A stretch of 64,000 bases of DNA from Candidatus Nanohalarchaeota archaeon (GTDB lineage Archaea > Nanohalarchaeota > Nanosalinia > Nanosalinales > JAFCCC01): NCBI GenBank assembly GCA_017610385.1, contig JAFCCC010000003.1:9170-73169 (forward strand), read 5' to 3'. The notes below the pieces were generated by a model. The model saw only the letters and a list, made by a program, of their open reading frames with translations, was not told the DNA's origin and did no database searches. The first letter of the stretch is position 1. Each line of letters begins with the position of its first letter. A program made the translations under genes and the position numbers. This document shows positions 10,086 through 20,195 of the stretch, one piece after another.

Positions 10086-11954
10086 TTATGCGTTATTAAC
10101 AACGTCCATGACTCTTTTTGGATCCTGATAATAATAACTCAAAATTTTTCCAACTTGGGTATATTCTTGAATCCCTTGTTGTTTCATCCATTCTAATACC
10201 TTTTTTCTTCTAACAAGTTCTCCTTGTAATTTGGCAGCAGCAACACCGGTTTCATGAGAGATTTTAGATAATAATCTACTTTCTTTTCGAGCTCTGAACG
10301 TATCTGTAATTGGATCCCATTTAAAAACAGTATTTGTAACTGGCACATTTTTATTTCTATCGTATTTTATAATTTCCATAATATTATGAACTTTTCTTAC
10401 TTGCTTTTGGTTTCGTCTAACTGAGCCAATAAATATGATTAGATCCAAACTTGCGATTAATGAAGGTGATAATTCAATTGGTTTTGTGGTTAATCTATTC
10501 ATAACCTTATCAATAGAGGATGCGTGAATCGTTGAGAGTCCAGGATGACCTGTAGCGATCTGTTGAAATAGAACGTATGCTTCTGAACCTCTTACTTCTC
10601 CCACAATAATGTAATCTGGTCTTTGTCTTAAACTTTCTTTTAATAAATCATCTAGGGTTACTTCTCCCTCTCTTTCTCCACCGAAACCAAATCCAGATCG
10701 TGCTACTTCTGGAACCCAATTTGGGTGTGGTAATCTTAATTCAGGAGTGTCTTCTATGGAAATGATTTTAGATTCTGGTCTTATAAACAGAGAAAGTGCG
10801 TTTAATAAGGTTGTTTTGCCTGATGCAGTTGGTCCCGCAATCATAATTGATTTTCCTTTATCAATTGCAATCCATAAATACGCCAACATAGTAGCGCTAA
10901 TTCCTCTATAATTCAGTAAATGAATGGGGGTTAGTGGTTTTTCTGTAAATTTTCGTATTGTAAAATTAGAACCCCGTCTAGCGATATCTGTTCCCAGAGT
11001 CGCTTGTACTCTTGAACCATTTGGGAGTGCTCCATCTAATAGCGGATTCGCAACAGAGATAGATCTTCCACATCTTTGAGCTAGTTTGATTACAAAAGAG
11101 TCCAATCGTTTATTATCCGTAAACATTATGTTTGTTTTTACTGAGGATATAATTGGATTTCTATGATAAACATATACTGGTATTCCAGTTCCATCACAGC
11201 TGATATCTTCTAAGTTAGAATCATTCATTATTGGCTCTATTTTGCCCAACCCAATAAAGTCTCTGAATGCATAATAGATAAGAACTTCTTTATCTTTCTC
11301 AGTAATTTTGAATCCATAATAATCTAAAATTTTGTTGATTCTTTCCTCTAAAAACTTTTTAGATTCACTCTTTTTTAGTTCACCGAAATCTACATCAAGT
11401 GTTTCTTTTAAAATTTCCTCTACTTGTTCTAGTAATTTTTTGTTCTTTTCAGAAAGATTCGGTTCAACTAAAAAATAATTTAATTCATTTTTTTTAGAAT
11501 TATATTTAATCTCAGTATACGCTTGAATTTTTTCCCCATCTTTTGGTTTCTTTGGTATTAACGGGTATTTTAAATTAACAGGGATTCTTTTAGGGAGTTT
11601 TAATTCTGGAACATCTACATTTATTTTAGTTTCAGAAGGAATTTCTATTCCTTTTACATATTCTTCTTCATAATAATTTTCAAAAAACTCTTCTTCTTCT
11701 TTTTCGCTGGGCGATTGTTTTGTAGGTGATGAAATAGGTGTTGGAGTGTGCTTTTGTTTTTTTGGTGGGGTTTTTACAGATTTTTCTCTAATTGCGGTTT
11801 TTTGAATGTTTCTTTCGACTGGTGGCGCTTCCATAATAATTGTATGCGGAACCGTGAGTGTTTCTTCAGAACTCATCAATTTAGATTTTCTTAATTCATT
11901 ACTCCTTCTCAATTTTTTAATTAAAATACCGATATCAAAAGTACTTTCTATCAT
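10086..11954 (-). CDS. Type IV pilus assembly ATPase (VirB11/FlaI family)
   Basis: GPTASGKTT, SIEDTPEL, LRQRPDYIIVGEVRG, TGH..STIHA. Confidence 0.95.
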   Translation of the reverse strand: MIESTFDIGILIKKLRRSNELRKSKLMSSEETLTVPHTIIMEAPPVERNIQKTAIREKSVKTPPKKQKHTPTPISSPTKQSPSEKEEEEFFENYYEEEYVKGIEIPSETKINVDVPELKLPKRIPVNLKYPLIPKKPKDGEKIQAYTEIKYNSKKNELNYFLVEPNLSEKNKKLLEQVEEILKETLDVDFGELKKSESKKFLEERINKILDYYGFKITEKDKEVLIYYAFRDFIGLGKIEPIMNDSNLEDISCDGTGIPVYVYHRNPIISSVKTNIMFTDNKRLDSFVIKLAQRCGRSISVANPLLDGALPNGSRVQATLGTDIARRGSNFTIRKFTEKPLTPIHLLNYRGISATMLAYLWIAIDKGKSIMIAGPTASGKTTLLNALSLFIRPESKIISIEDTPELRLPHPNWVPEVARSGFGFGGEREGEVTLDDLLKESLRQRPDYIIVGEVRGSEAYVLFQQIATGHPGLSTIHASSIDKVMNRLTTKPIELSPSLIASLDLIIFIGSVRRNQKQVRKVHNIMEIIKYDRNKNVPVTNTVFKWDPITDTFRARKESRLLSKISHETGVAAAKLQGELVRRKKVLEWMKQQGIQEYTQVGKILSYYYQDPKRVMDVVNNA

Positions 11955-12377
11955 TTAAATCTCCAAAGTTATTTGTTCTCCTTTTAAACTCAATGTAGCC
12001 TTTTTAACTGTGCTTTCTACAGACCCCTGTAGATTATATTTGTTTTCTAAACCAAAAACTGAGCTTATATAGGTTTTATTGTTTTTTGTTTGTATAAATA
12101 TCCCCTTGGAATTTAGTTTCAAAAGATATTCATTTCCACCAATAGACGGTGGAAGGCTAAATTCAATTTTACCTGTTGTATTTGTCTCAACTAATTCAAG
12201 TATATTTGAAGAGACAATTTGTCCTAGTATTCTTAGTTGTTCATCTCCTGTCTGATTTTTCGCTTCTTTTTCAAATACCTGAAATACTGCTAAAAAACTA
12301 AATGCAATTATTAAGCCCAGCGAAAATAATATTATTTCCTCAACAACCAAGTATTGGCCTTTTCTTTTTTTTATCAT
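11955..12377 (-). CDS. Pilin-like protein with class III signal peptide
   Basis: KKRKG|QYLVVEEIILFSLG. Confidence 0.8.
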   Translation of the reverse strand: MIKKRKGQYLVVEEIILFSLGLIIAFSFLAVFQVFEKEAKNQTGDEQLRILGQIVSSNILELVETNTTGKIEFSLPPSIGGNEYLLKLNSKGIFIQTKNNKTYISSVFGLENKYNLQGSVESTVKKATLSLKGEQITLEI

Positions 12378-13003
12378 AACATCTGAATCGAAACCCTAAT
12401 CTTTCTTAAATCTCCTTGTGTTTTAGAAGCTGACGGAACGATTTCCTCCCCCTCATACTTAATAACTATTCGATATTTGCCACCAGTTTTCTCTGTATCG
12501 CCCACTGCTTCTAATGAAATTATTTGTCCTTTATTCGAATTTACATCTTCTAGTTCTCTGAATTCTAATCTAAACTCATTTTGGTATTGATTTGTGATTA
12601 GTCTGGCTTTGGCAAGCAAAACTCCTGGACGATCTTCTCCTAAAAGTCCATATCCTTCTGGTAAAATGAAGGTTCCCTGAGTATCATCTTCATTTAATGC
12701 AACCCAATCTGTTGTTGCGACATACGCTGCTTTCGAATTTGTAATATAATTTATGCTGTTATTTTCTGTATCCAATCTTAAAAACCCATCTACCTTAAAT
12801 TCAACAGTTCGAGAACCTTTATTTATTGAAACGGTTTCAATCTCATTCGCAAGTTCCTTCAGACTCGAAATTGCGATATTAATACCATTTACATCTTGGT
12901 TTTTTTGAAGTAGCGGTACACCCCACAAATATGCAGATGCGATGCCCGCAGCTAAAATACCAACTAAAAGAATTGCACTAACAACTTGAACTTGCCCTTT
13001 CAT
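12374..13003 (-). CDS. Pilin-like protein with class III signal peptide
   Basis: MKG|QVQVVSAILLVGIL..AYLWG. Confidence 0.8.
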   Translation of the reverse strand: MKGQVQVVSAILLVGILAAGIASAYLWGVPLLQKNQDVNGINIAISSLKELANEIETVSINKGSRTVEFKVDGFLRLDTENNSINYITNSKAAYVATTDWVALNEDDTQGTFILPEGYGLLGEDRPGVLLAKARLITNQYQNEFRLEFRELEDVNSNKGQIISLEAVGDTEKTGGKYRIVIKYEGEEIVPSASKTQGDLRKIRVSIQML

Positions 13004-13051
13004 AGTGTAAATTTAACTTATCTAGCATAAAAACGTTATCTTTCTACTTCT

Positions 13052-13528
13052 TTATTGTGCCTGGCAAGTTGTTTCAATTTCATAATCTGCTTCTGGGAAT
13101 CTCAATAAAATAGAAGAATAATATTCTCCCTCAATAAAATCATCATTCATAGTTATGGTAACTTCACCAGTATATCCTCCTGGCGTTTGAGCCTCTTTCC
13201 AAGCAGCTGAATCACTTATATACGTTTCATTTACCCTAGTTCTGGTTAACGAAGTTACTTTTCCACCAGAATTATAAACAATAATGTCGAATGGGATCAT
13301 ATCTACAGGTCTTTTTCCAGAATTAATTAAGATTAAGTTTAGATTAGGAGTTCCCGCCTCACAATCACTCTGTAAAACTTCTAATTTAGTTTCAAGTCGC
13401 TTTATGGTGGTTGTTTTTAAATCGTTTTGAATATGCATTATCCAAACACCCGCAGCACCGGCTCCGGCCACGGTTATCATTAGTAAAAGAATAATTGCTA
13501 TTACCGGCGTTATACCTTTTCTGTTCAT
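13052..13528 (-). CDS. Archaeal type IV pilin
   Basis: MNRKG|ITPVIAIILLLMITVA, the classic archaeal pilin N-terminus. Confidence 0.9.
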   Translation of the reverse strand: MNRKGITPVIAIILLLMITVAGAGAAGVWIMHIQNDLKTTTIKRLETKLEVLQSDCEAGTPNLNLILINSGKRPVDMIPFDIIVYNSGGKVTSLTRTRVNETYISDSAAWKEAQTPGGYTGEVTITMNDDFIEGEYYSSILLRFPEADYEIETTCQAQ

Positions 13529-13547
13529 TTTTGCCCCTTCCTTCCTT

Positions 13548-14114
13548 TCAGATTAATTGATTTCCTATGGGTTTTTGAGGAACTTCTCTATGTTTTTGTA
13601 ATGTAGTAGGTTTAAAGAAATCTCCTCGTCTTTGAGTTGCATAAAGTCGTCTTAGTCTTTTATCTAGTTTTTCTAAACCAGAAGCCATATTTGTATTAGA
13701 TTCTTTTATGCCATCTACCATTTTTTCAATGTGATCTGAAACCTCTGTTAATTTATCTGCAATTGGATTAATTATATTTGTTCCTAGCTCTGAAGTAACT
13801 TCTGATTCTAAAGACGTTTCAGACGCTTCTTTTAATAGATCCATAAATGAATTAAGATTATCTACAACAGAATCCATTTTTGCAGTCAGGTTTTCCACAT
13901 TATTTCTTAATTGAGTGTTGCTTTCGACCATATCATTAACAATCTTCTGATTGGATTTCATTATGTCTAAAATATCTCTTATAAGAGATTCATCTCTAGA
14001 AAGAGAATTACCACTTTCCAATTTTGTTAACCGATTTTCTATGCGTCTTAAGGGACCTAAAGGAACTACTTCGTATTCCTCTGAATCTAAATTGAGCTCC
14101 ACTTCTTTTGCCAT
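13548..14114 (-). CDS. Coiled-coil hypothetical protein at the head of the pilus cluster
   Basis: Heptad-rich 188-aa ORF, co-oriented with the pilus genes. Confidence 0.7.
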   Translation of the reverse strand: MAKEVELNLDSEEYEVVPLGPLRRIENRLTKLESGNSLSRDESLIRDILDIMKSNQKIVNDMVESNTQLRNNVENLTAKMDSVVDNLNSFMDLLKEASETSLESEVTSELGTNIINPIADKLTEVSDHIEKMVDGIKESNTNMASGLEKLDKRLRRLYATQRRGDFFKPTTLQKHREVPQKPIGNQLI

Positions 14115-14243
14115 AAATATCTTTCTCCGAATAGAGTTATGTAAAAATCTTGGTTAGCGTGGTATAAATATCTTTGCTCCAAACTTCGAGAATTTAGTTA
14201 CCATAGCGCGTTGTAAATAACCCAATAGCCTTTGTTTAATGGG

Positions 14244-14915
14244 TTACTTGATTATTTTCTCGACATGGCTCCAAATCTCTGAAAAAATTTCTTCTTTGCT
14301 TTTTAGAGTCCCATTTGCATTCATACATGCAATAACGACCCAATTTGCTCTTTCTTGTGCAATCTCTAAATAATTTTCATTTGCATTTATTTGAAAATTT
14401 AATGATTCCTCATGTATATCTCTTTTTAATCCTTTAAGATATGCTCTTAGATCTTTGTGAGCATTAAGTTCAAATGCTGTTGAAGGAGATACATTTAGAA
14501 CAAAAACCAGATCTGCTTGAGGCAATCTTTCTTCCACCTTTTCAATCCAAGACACAGCAACTTTTCTTTCTTGACCAAAATACTCTAATGGTTGAAAACC
14601 CATATTTGATTGAGTAAATCTATTAGAAACTACGATTTTTCCTTCTGCAATGGCTTCTTGATATTCATTTTTGAACTGATAACGGTCTATTGCATAAAGT
14701 AAACATCTTATTTCAAATGGAATTTCATCTTTTTTCCCAAAATCTCCTCTCAAATAGGCTGCAACCAATTTACCGAATTTTGTTTCATAAGATGGAAAAT
14801 CCGCATAAATTACACTTTTATTTAATTCTTGCAGTTTTGTTATCAGCTTCTTGGCTTGAACTGTTTTACCAGATGCGTCAATTCCTTCAATAACGATAAA
14901 TGTTCCCTTTCCCAA
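14244..14915 (-). CDS. tmk: Thymidylate kinase
   Basis: IVIEGIDASGKT, FPSY, DRY and (S)NRF motifs. Confidence 0.92.
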   Translation of the reverse strand: MGKGTFIVIEGIDASGKTVQAKKLITKLQELNKSVIYADFPSYETKFGKLVAAYLRGDFGKKDEIPFEIRCLLYAIDRYQFKNEYQEAIAEGKIVVSNRFTQSNMGFQPLEYFGQERKVAVSWIEKVEERLPQADLVFVLNVSPSTAFELNAHKDLRAYLKGLKRDIHEESLNFQINANENYLEIAQERANWVVIACMNANGTLKSKEEIFSEIWSHVEKIIK

Positions 14916-14979
14916 CTCGAAATCCCTCTATTTTCTTACTTGTTTTAAAAGAATAAAAAGTTAAAGTCCATTGCAGACT

Positions 14980-16623
14980 TTAATATTCTGGAGGCATTCC
15001 GCCAGGACCCATATTGGGTGGCATTCCTCCAGCACCACGAGAACCAGAAGCTGCGATGATATCATCTATCCTCAATATTAATTCTGACGCTTCTGCTGAA
15101 CTTTGGATTGCCTGTACTTTAATTTGCAATGGTTCAACAACCCCTTGGGCATATAAGTCTTCCGCCTTTCCTGTAAACACATTTACACCAGCCCAAAGCA
15201 TTCCTGATCCATGTTTAGCTCTTAAATCCACCAATAGATCAATAGGATCTAAACCAGCGTTCTCTGCTAAAGTTCTTGGAATAATTTCTAAAGCGTCTGC
15301 AAATGCATTAATTGCTAGTTGTTCTCTTCCTCCAATTGAATCTGCAAAAGATCTTAATCTACGTGACAATTCAATTTCAACTGCCCCGCCACCCCCAACA
15401 ATCTTTCCTATTCTTAATGAAGAAACAACTCCACCAATTGCATCTTCCATTGCACGTTTCACTTCATCAACAACATGTTCTGTACTTCCTCTAACTAAGA
15501 TAGTTACTGCTTTTGCATTTTTGCAACCCTTTACAAAAATCATATTATCTCCAGAAACTTTTTTCTGCTCAACAACGCCCGCGTATCCCAAGTCCGTTGG
15601 ATTAATTGGCTCAGATAAAGATGTTAAAATAGAACCGCCAGTTGCTCTTGACAATCTTTCCATATCCGATTTTTTAACCCTTCTAACAGCCAAAACGTTA
15701 TGTTTAGACAGGTAGTGCTGCGCTAGTTCATCAATTCCTTTTTGACATAATACCACGTTTGCTCCAGAGGAAACAATTTTCCCTGTTAATTCTTTCAGAG
15801 TTTTTTCTTCTTGATCTAAAAATTCTTGTAATCTAGATGGATCTGTAATCTGAATTTGTGTGTCTGTTTCAGTATCTTTAATTTCTATAGGAACATTTAA
15901 TAGTGCTACTTTGGCGTCTTTAATCAAATTTGGCATTCCCGGATGCACTTTTTCTTTATCTATAACAACACCATCAATTAATTCTGTATTTTCTGTTGAT
16001 TCACCTTGTTTTTTCTCTAATTTTATATTGTCCATATCAAATTCATAACCATTTTCTGTTTGTTCTGAAACTTGTTTTACAGCCTTAACTGCAATCTGTG
16101 CCAAGTGAGTTTTGGACGTCTCTGCATTTTTTCCAGTCATAGCTGTAATCGCAACATTAACTAAGGTTTGATCATCATTAAACGTTACTTTTGTACTAAT
16201 TTCTTCCAGAATCTGTAAAGTTTTTTCTTTTGCTAGTCTATATCCGGAAGCGATAACTGTTGGATGTATCTTTTGTTCTAACAATCCTTCTGCTTTTTTT
16301 AGTAATTCTCCCGCAATAATAACAACTGTAGTTGTTCCATCACCAACTTCTTCATCTTGTGTTTTTGCAATATTTACCATCATTTTAGCTGCAGGATGTT
16401 CGACTTCCATTTCTTCTAATATGGTTACCCCGTCATTTGTTACAACAACATCACCAATTGAATCCACCATCATTTTGTCCATTCCTCTTGGACCTAGTGT
16501 GGTTCTAATTGCATCTGCAATTGCTTTACAGGCTGAAATATTATTTATTTGTGCATCTTGACCGGTTTGCCGTAATGCATCTTTGTCTAAAATAAAAATA
16601 GGTTGTCCACCAACTTGTGCCAT
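14980..16623 (-). CDS. ths: Thermosome (group II chaperonin) subunit
   Basis: [27 protein letters not shown]-type tail. Confidence 0.98.
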   Translation of the reverse strand: MAQVGGQPIFILDKDALRQTGQDAQINNISACKAIADAIRTTLGPRGMDKMMVDSIGDVVVTNDGVTILEEMEVEHPAAKMMVNIAKTQDEEVGDGTTTVVIIAGELLKKAEGLLEQKIHPTVIASGYRLAKEKTLQILEEISTKVTFNDDQTLVNVAITAMTGKNAETSKTHLAQIAVKAVKQVSEQTENGYEFDMDNIKLEKKQGESTENTELIDGVVIDKEKVHPGMPNLIKDAKVALLNVPIEIKDTETDTQIQITDPSRLQEFLDQEEKTLKELTGKIVSSGANVVLCQKGIDELAQHYLSKHNVLAVRRVKKSDMERLSRATGGSILTSLSEPINPTDLGYAGVVEQKKVSGDNMIFVKGCKNAKAVTILVRGSTEHVVDEVKRAMEDAIGGVVSSLRIGKIVGGGGAVEIELSRRLRSFADSIGGREQLAINAFADALEIIPRTLAENAGLDPIDLLVDLRAKHGSGMLWAGVNVFTGKAEDLYAQGVVEPLQIKVQAIQSSAEASELILRIDDIIAASGSRGAGGMPPNMGPGGMPPEY

Positions 16624-16893
16624 AATTTAATCACCTCTTAGATTAAGCATAAATTTTATTTTTGTATGAGAATAACTCGTGCGCAAATTTTTAAAGATAT
16701 CCTTTTCTTTACGTTATACCTTTCGGTAATTTCTAAATAATACTTTAATCATAAAAATATTTAAAGTAGTAGTACTATTCTAATGCTTCTTGATTTTTGG
16801 TTTTATTTAAAAACGATTAATCTTTTTCTTTCTTTGGCGCCTTTAATATAAATTACACATTTAAATCTTATTCTTTGTATAAATTTTAATGAT

Positions 16894-17016
16894 GGACCCG
16901 TAGCTCAGCTGGTTAGAAATCTTTAGAGATTAGCTAGAGCGCCAGTCTTATATGGCTTCGTTTTGTATGTTGCCGAAGTAAGCTGGAGGCCGTGGGTTCA
17001 AATCCCATCGGGTCCA
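16894..17016 (+). tRNA. tRNA-Ile(TAT) with two introns (D-arm at ~16917-16937; canonical 37/38 at 16953-16980)
   Basis: GGACCCG-TA-GCTC-AGCTGGTTAG[intron]AGC-G-CCAGT-CTTATA[intron]A-GCTGG-AGGCC-GTGGG-TTCAAAT-CCCAT-CGGGTCC-A; 74 nt after splicing. Confidence 0.88.
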
Positions 17017-17137
17017 ATTAAGTAAGCTTTTTAGATAAAAGCCCAAGCGAAAAGGAGTCTCACTCGTTTGAGTTTATTAAATAAGTTAATTTGAATTTAG
17101 GGATATATTCAGGTCCTTGCATAAGCAGGTAATTGAA

Positions 17138-17770
17138 ATGAAAATTTTTGCGGTAGGAGATCTTCATGATCAGGAAAAAGTAGAAAAAGGAATTTTAAAG
17201 GAGTTAGAGACTGGTGACTATGAGCTTTTTATTGGTTTAGGGGATTATACAAAGAAAAAGTATTTTGAAGACCTAATGAAAAAAATTAAAATCCAAAAAG
17301 CTTGTTTAACTGGTAATTGGGATTTTAATTTTAAAATGCCGGAAAATGGATCTATTCCAAATTTGTTTAATTTTGTGAAAGTTAATTTAAAAGCAAAAGA
17401 CGGAGAATACAAAATAGTTTTATTAGGAGCACAAATTCCACCGGATTTCCAAAAGGACATTAAGGACTGGTTAGATGATTTTGATCGCTCTAAATTAATT
17501 ATTTGTTCACATTATCCTCCCTATTTATTAAGAGATCTTGCTGAGAATGGAGATCATGCTGGCATTAAAGAATTTCGGGACACTATCCTAAGATTAAAGC
17601 CTGCATTGTGGTTGTGTGGACATATCCATGAAGCTTCTGGATTCACTAAATTTTTGAGAACAACAATATTAAATGCTTCAGCATGTGATATAAATTATAA
17701 GCCAATTCGAGCAGGATATTCCATTGATATAAGTGAGAATGGCATTACGATTCAGGAGATTAAACTTTAG
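17138..17770 (+). CDS. Calcineurin-like metallophosphoesterase
   Basis: GDLH, GD, GNWD, SHYPP, CGHIHE motifs. Confidence 0.9.
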   Translation: MKIFAVGDLHDQEKVEKGILKELETGDYELFIGLGDYTKKKYFEDLMKKIKIQKACLTGNWDFNFKMPENGSIPNLFNFVKVNLKAKDGEYKIVLLGAQIPPDFQKDIKDWLDDFDRSKLIICSHYPPYLLRDLAENGDHAGIKEFRDTILRLKPALWLCGHIHEASGFTKFLRTTILNASACDINYKPIRAGYSIDISENGITIQEIKL

Positions 17771-17843
17771 GGCCTGTAGATCAGTCTGGTAGATCGCTAC
17801 CTCGGCATGGTAGAGGCCTCGGGTTCGAATCCCGACAGGTCCA
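17770..17843 (+). tRNA. tRNA-Ala(GGC)
   Basis: GGGCCTG..CTACC-TCGGCAT-GGTAG..TCGGG-TTCGAAT-CCCGA-CAGGTCC-A with the G3:U70 identity pair. Confidence 0.95.
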
Positions 17844-17844
17844 T

Positions 17845-17925
17845 TTGAGCTTTCACAAAGCTCAAGCAAACAGCGAGTTACGAGTGTAACTCACTAAGCC
17901 TTTTTAATAAAAGACGTAAGCCAAA
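17845..17925. repeat. Cluster of short palindromic modules after tRNA-Ala (shared family)
   Basis: TTGAGCTTT-cac-AAAGCTCAA and CAGCGAGTTAC-gagt-GTAACTCAC; similar modules at 17024-17054, 32550-32577 and 32721-32743. Confidence 0.7.
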
Positions 17926-17961
17926 AGAATAACTAGTTAACTTTACTTAACTCATTTCACA

Positions 17962-18186
17962 ATGATCATCATGTCAGAGGATATTTTTGATGAAGTAATG
18001 AAAGAATTTGAACAGGAAATAGAATGGAAAAAAGAGAAAAAACCATTAAATGTTGAATTTACACCTGTTGAAACGGACGGTGATGAGGAGAACAAGTTTC
18101 ATAAGCACAATCTAATCTTAGCTAAGGTTAATATAATCAAAAAGCAACTCAATGAATTAAGAGAGCTTTTAAGCGCTGTTAAATAA
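17962..18186 (+). CDS. Small acidic/coiled-coil hypothetical protein
   Basis: 74-aa ORF. Confidence 0.55.
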   Translation: MIIMSEDIFDEVMKEFEQEIEWKKEKKPLNVEFTPVETDGDEENKFHKHNLILAKVNIIKKQLNELRELLSAVK

Positions 18187-18226
18187 CACTTTAATAACGC
18201 TTAAACGAATCAGAATAAATTCTCAA

Positions 18227-19732
18227 TTAAATAAACGCTTCTGTGTCTTTGTTCAAATTCGCTTTTTTCTGGGCGTAGTCTTTAGCGACCTGTTCTAGAT
18301 TTCTACCGGTTTCAAATTCTTTAGAACGCCGTTTTCTTACAGAAACGAAGATTGGATTTGTTACGGCCTCTCCAACAACAATACAATCTCCAACCCGTAA
18401 TCCTGGAATGCTTTTTCGTACATCCGCGGTTATGCCTTCAGAACTTTCTTCTATATGTTTTAAATCATAGGGATTTGTTACTCTCAAAAAAATGTGTGTA
18501 TTACATTGAGAAAGCGCGGTTGTTGATAATCCTGCAGGTCTTTGAGAAATCAACCCCAAACACGCTCCGAATTTCCTTCCTTCTCTTGCAATTTTTATTA
18601 TAATCCCTCTACTTATTGCAGAAGCTCTATTGATTCCTTCTGGGGCAAAATTATGCGCTTCTTCCACAAGCACAAAAAACGGAGGTATTTTATTTTTTTG
18701 ACGTGCTCTAAATAGCCTTTTCATGAATTGATCCACTATAATTTGTTTTTTAGTTTGATCTGTAGTATTTGATAAATCTAAAACAATCATCTTGCCTGCT
18801 TCAATTTTTTCCAAAGACGGATTGTCATATTTTCCAAATAAATAAAGCCTTTGTAATCTATCAAGTTTGTCTAAGAGGATTTCTTTTGTTTTTGTGTTAA
18901 TATTAGAATCCATTAATTTATTTTCAATATCCTTTAAACCAAATGGTCCAGAATTCTCCTTGCTGTTGTGCTTTAGTTCATTTAAAATTCTTCCTAATTC
19001 TCTTTTTTGAGCTGGTTTCAAATCTGGAAAAATATGTTCAAATTCCTGGGCACTTAATTCCATAGCACTTAATTTGATATCTCTTGCAGAATAAACTAAG
19101 ATTTTATTCATATATTTTTCATCTTTTGCAAAACCAGAATACTCTCCATGTGGATCTATCGCAATTATCGCAATTTGCCCTTTTTCTGGTTCCCGGTCTA
19201 GTAATTCCTCTAATAAAACAGATGCAAGATATGATTTGCCTGCACCAGATTTCGCCAAAATTGCAATGTGTTTTTGTAAAGTTTTTGTTAAATTTAAAAC
19301 AGCTTCTAATTTGTGGTGTTGTAATGTACCAATATTTAATCCGTAGGCCGGATCTAAACCCAAAAATTTAGATAATCTTTGCGGTTCCGCCATATAAATT
19401 TTAGTTCCTGGAGATGGCGGAAAGCAAGATCTTCTTTGAATTTTATTATCATAAATTCCTAAGATTATGCCATCACCTACTAAATATTCCCAATCTTGAG
19501 TTGGGAATAAATTTTCCATTGTTAACCCGCTTTTTTCATATTCATTGACGCTCTCTGCTTGCATAAAATACCTGTTTGTTTTCGTAATTTCAGAAACACG
19601 CGCAATTGCCTTTCCTTCTTCTGTATCAAACTCAACAAATTGATCTTTTCGAATTGGACCTCTTATAATAAATTTAAATCTGTCTGTCGTAGGACTATCA
19701 AATGTAGAAATTATTGTTCCAACTTCTTCCAT
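18227..19732 (-). CDS. herA: HerA-family ATPase/helicase
   Basis: N-terminal HAS-barrel-like region, AKSGAGKS, DPHGEY, VEEAHNF, REGRKFG, SQRP. Confidence 0.9.
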   Translation of the reverse strand: MEEVGTIISTFDSPTTDRFKFIIRGPIRKDQFVEFDTEEGKAIARVSEITKTNRYFMQAESVNEYEKSGLTMENLFPTQDWEYLVGDGIILGIYDNKIQRRSCFPPSPGTKIYMAEPQRLSKFLGLDPAYGLNIGTLQHHKLEAVLNLTKTLQKHIAILAKSGAGKSYLASVLLEELLDREPEKGQIAIIAIDPHGEYSGFAKDEKYMNKILVYSARDIKLSAMELSAQEFEHIFPDLKPAQKRELGRILNELKHNSKENSGPFGLKDIENKLMDSNINTKTKEILLDKLDRLQRLYLFGKYDNPSLEKIEAGKMIVLDLSNTTDQTKKQIIVDQFMKRLFRARQKNKIPPFFVLVEEAHNFAPEGINRASAISRGIIIKIAREGRKFGACLGLISQRPAGLSTTALSQCNTHIFLRVTNPYDLKHIEESSEGITADVRKSIPGLRVGDCIVVGEAVTNPIFVSVRKRRSKEFETGRNLEQVAKDYAQKKANLNKDTEAFI

Positions 19733-19916
19733 ACTTTTCAATTGTTGAAAAAAGTTAAATAAACAACGAATATGCATTACAAAACCGAAAATGCACTACG
19801 TAAAAACTACGCATTACACTTAAATTCGGAAAAAGCTTATAAACCTTGTCCTTATAGCCGAAATCTTTTTATATTATGCGTTTAATTTTGAATTAAACTC
19901 ACAGAGATGATTTTAT

Positions 19917-20147
19917 ATGAGTGTTAAACAAGAGATTACTAACCTTCAAAAAGGGTTTTTGAACGCCTACATTGATGAAGCAACTTCTATGGACAAATTA
20001 AAAGAACTTTTCGAAGATTTAATCGAAGACTATGAGGTAGAAGATATTCAAGCACTTTTAACTGGTATGAAATTGGATCCAGAGTTCAAAGATGTGGTAC
20101 TTCATGCTTTTGAAGAATTTGAGGAAACTTTAGCAATTGTAATGTAA
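19917..20147 (+). CDS. Small acidic hypothetical protein
   Basis: 76-aa ORF with an upstream BRE/TATA-like CCGAAATCTTTTTATA. Confidence 0.6.
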   Translation: MSVKQEITNLQKGFLNAYIDEATSMDKLKELFEDLIEDYEVEDIQALLTGMKLDPEFKDVVLHAFEEFEETLAIVM

Positions 20148-20195
20148 TTGGTTGCTGAACTTATTACTCATTTAGAAGTTACCTTTCTCCTGCAA

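Noticed and set aside
15014-15715. 233-aa + strand ORF and other antisense ORFs inside known genes
   Set aside because: These are shadow frames of well-supported genes such as thermosome, ftsZ and rfc, with no motifs of their own.
17138-19732. Phosphoesterase plus HerA as an Mre11/HerA or defence module
   Set aside because: The genes are convergent and separated by a tRNA, with no NurA, Rad50 or Sir2 nearby, and the phosphoesterase is not Mre11-like.
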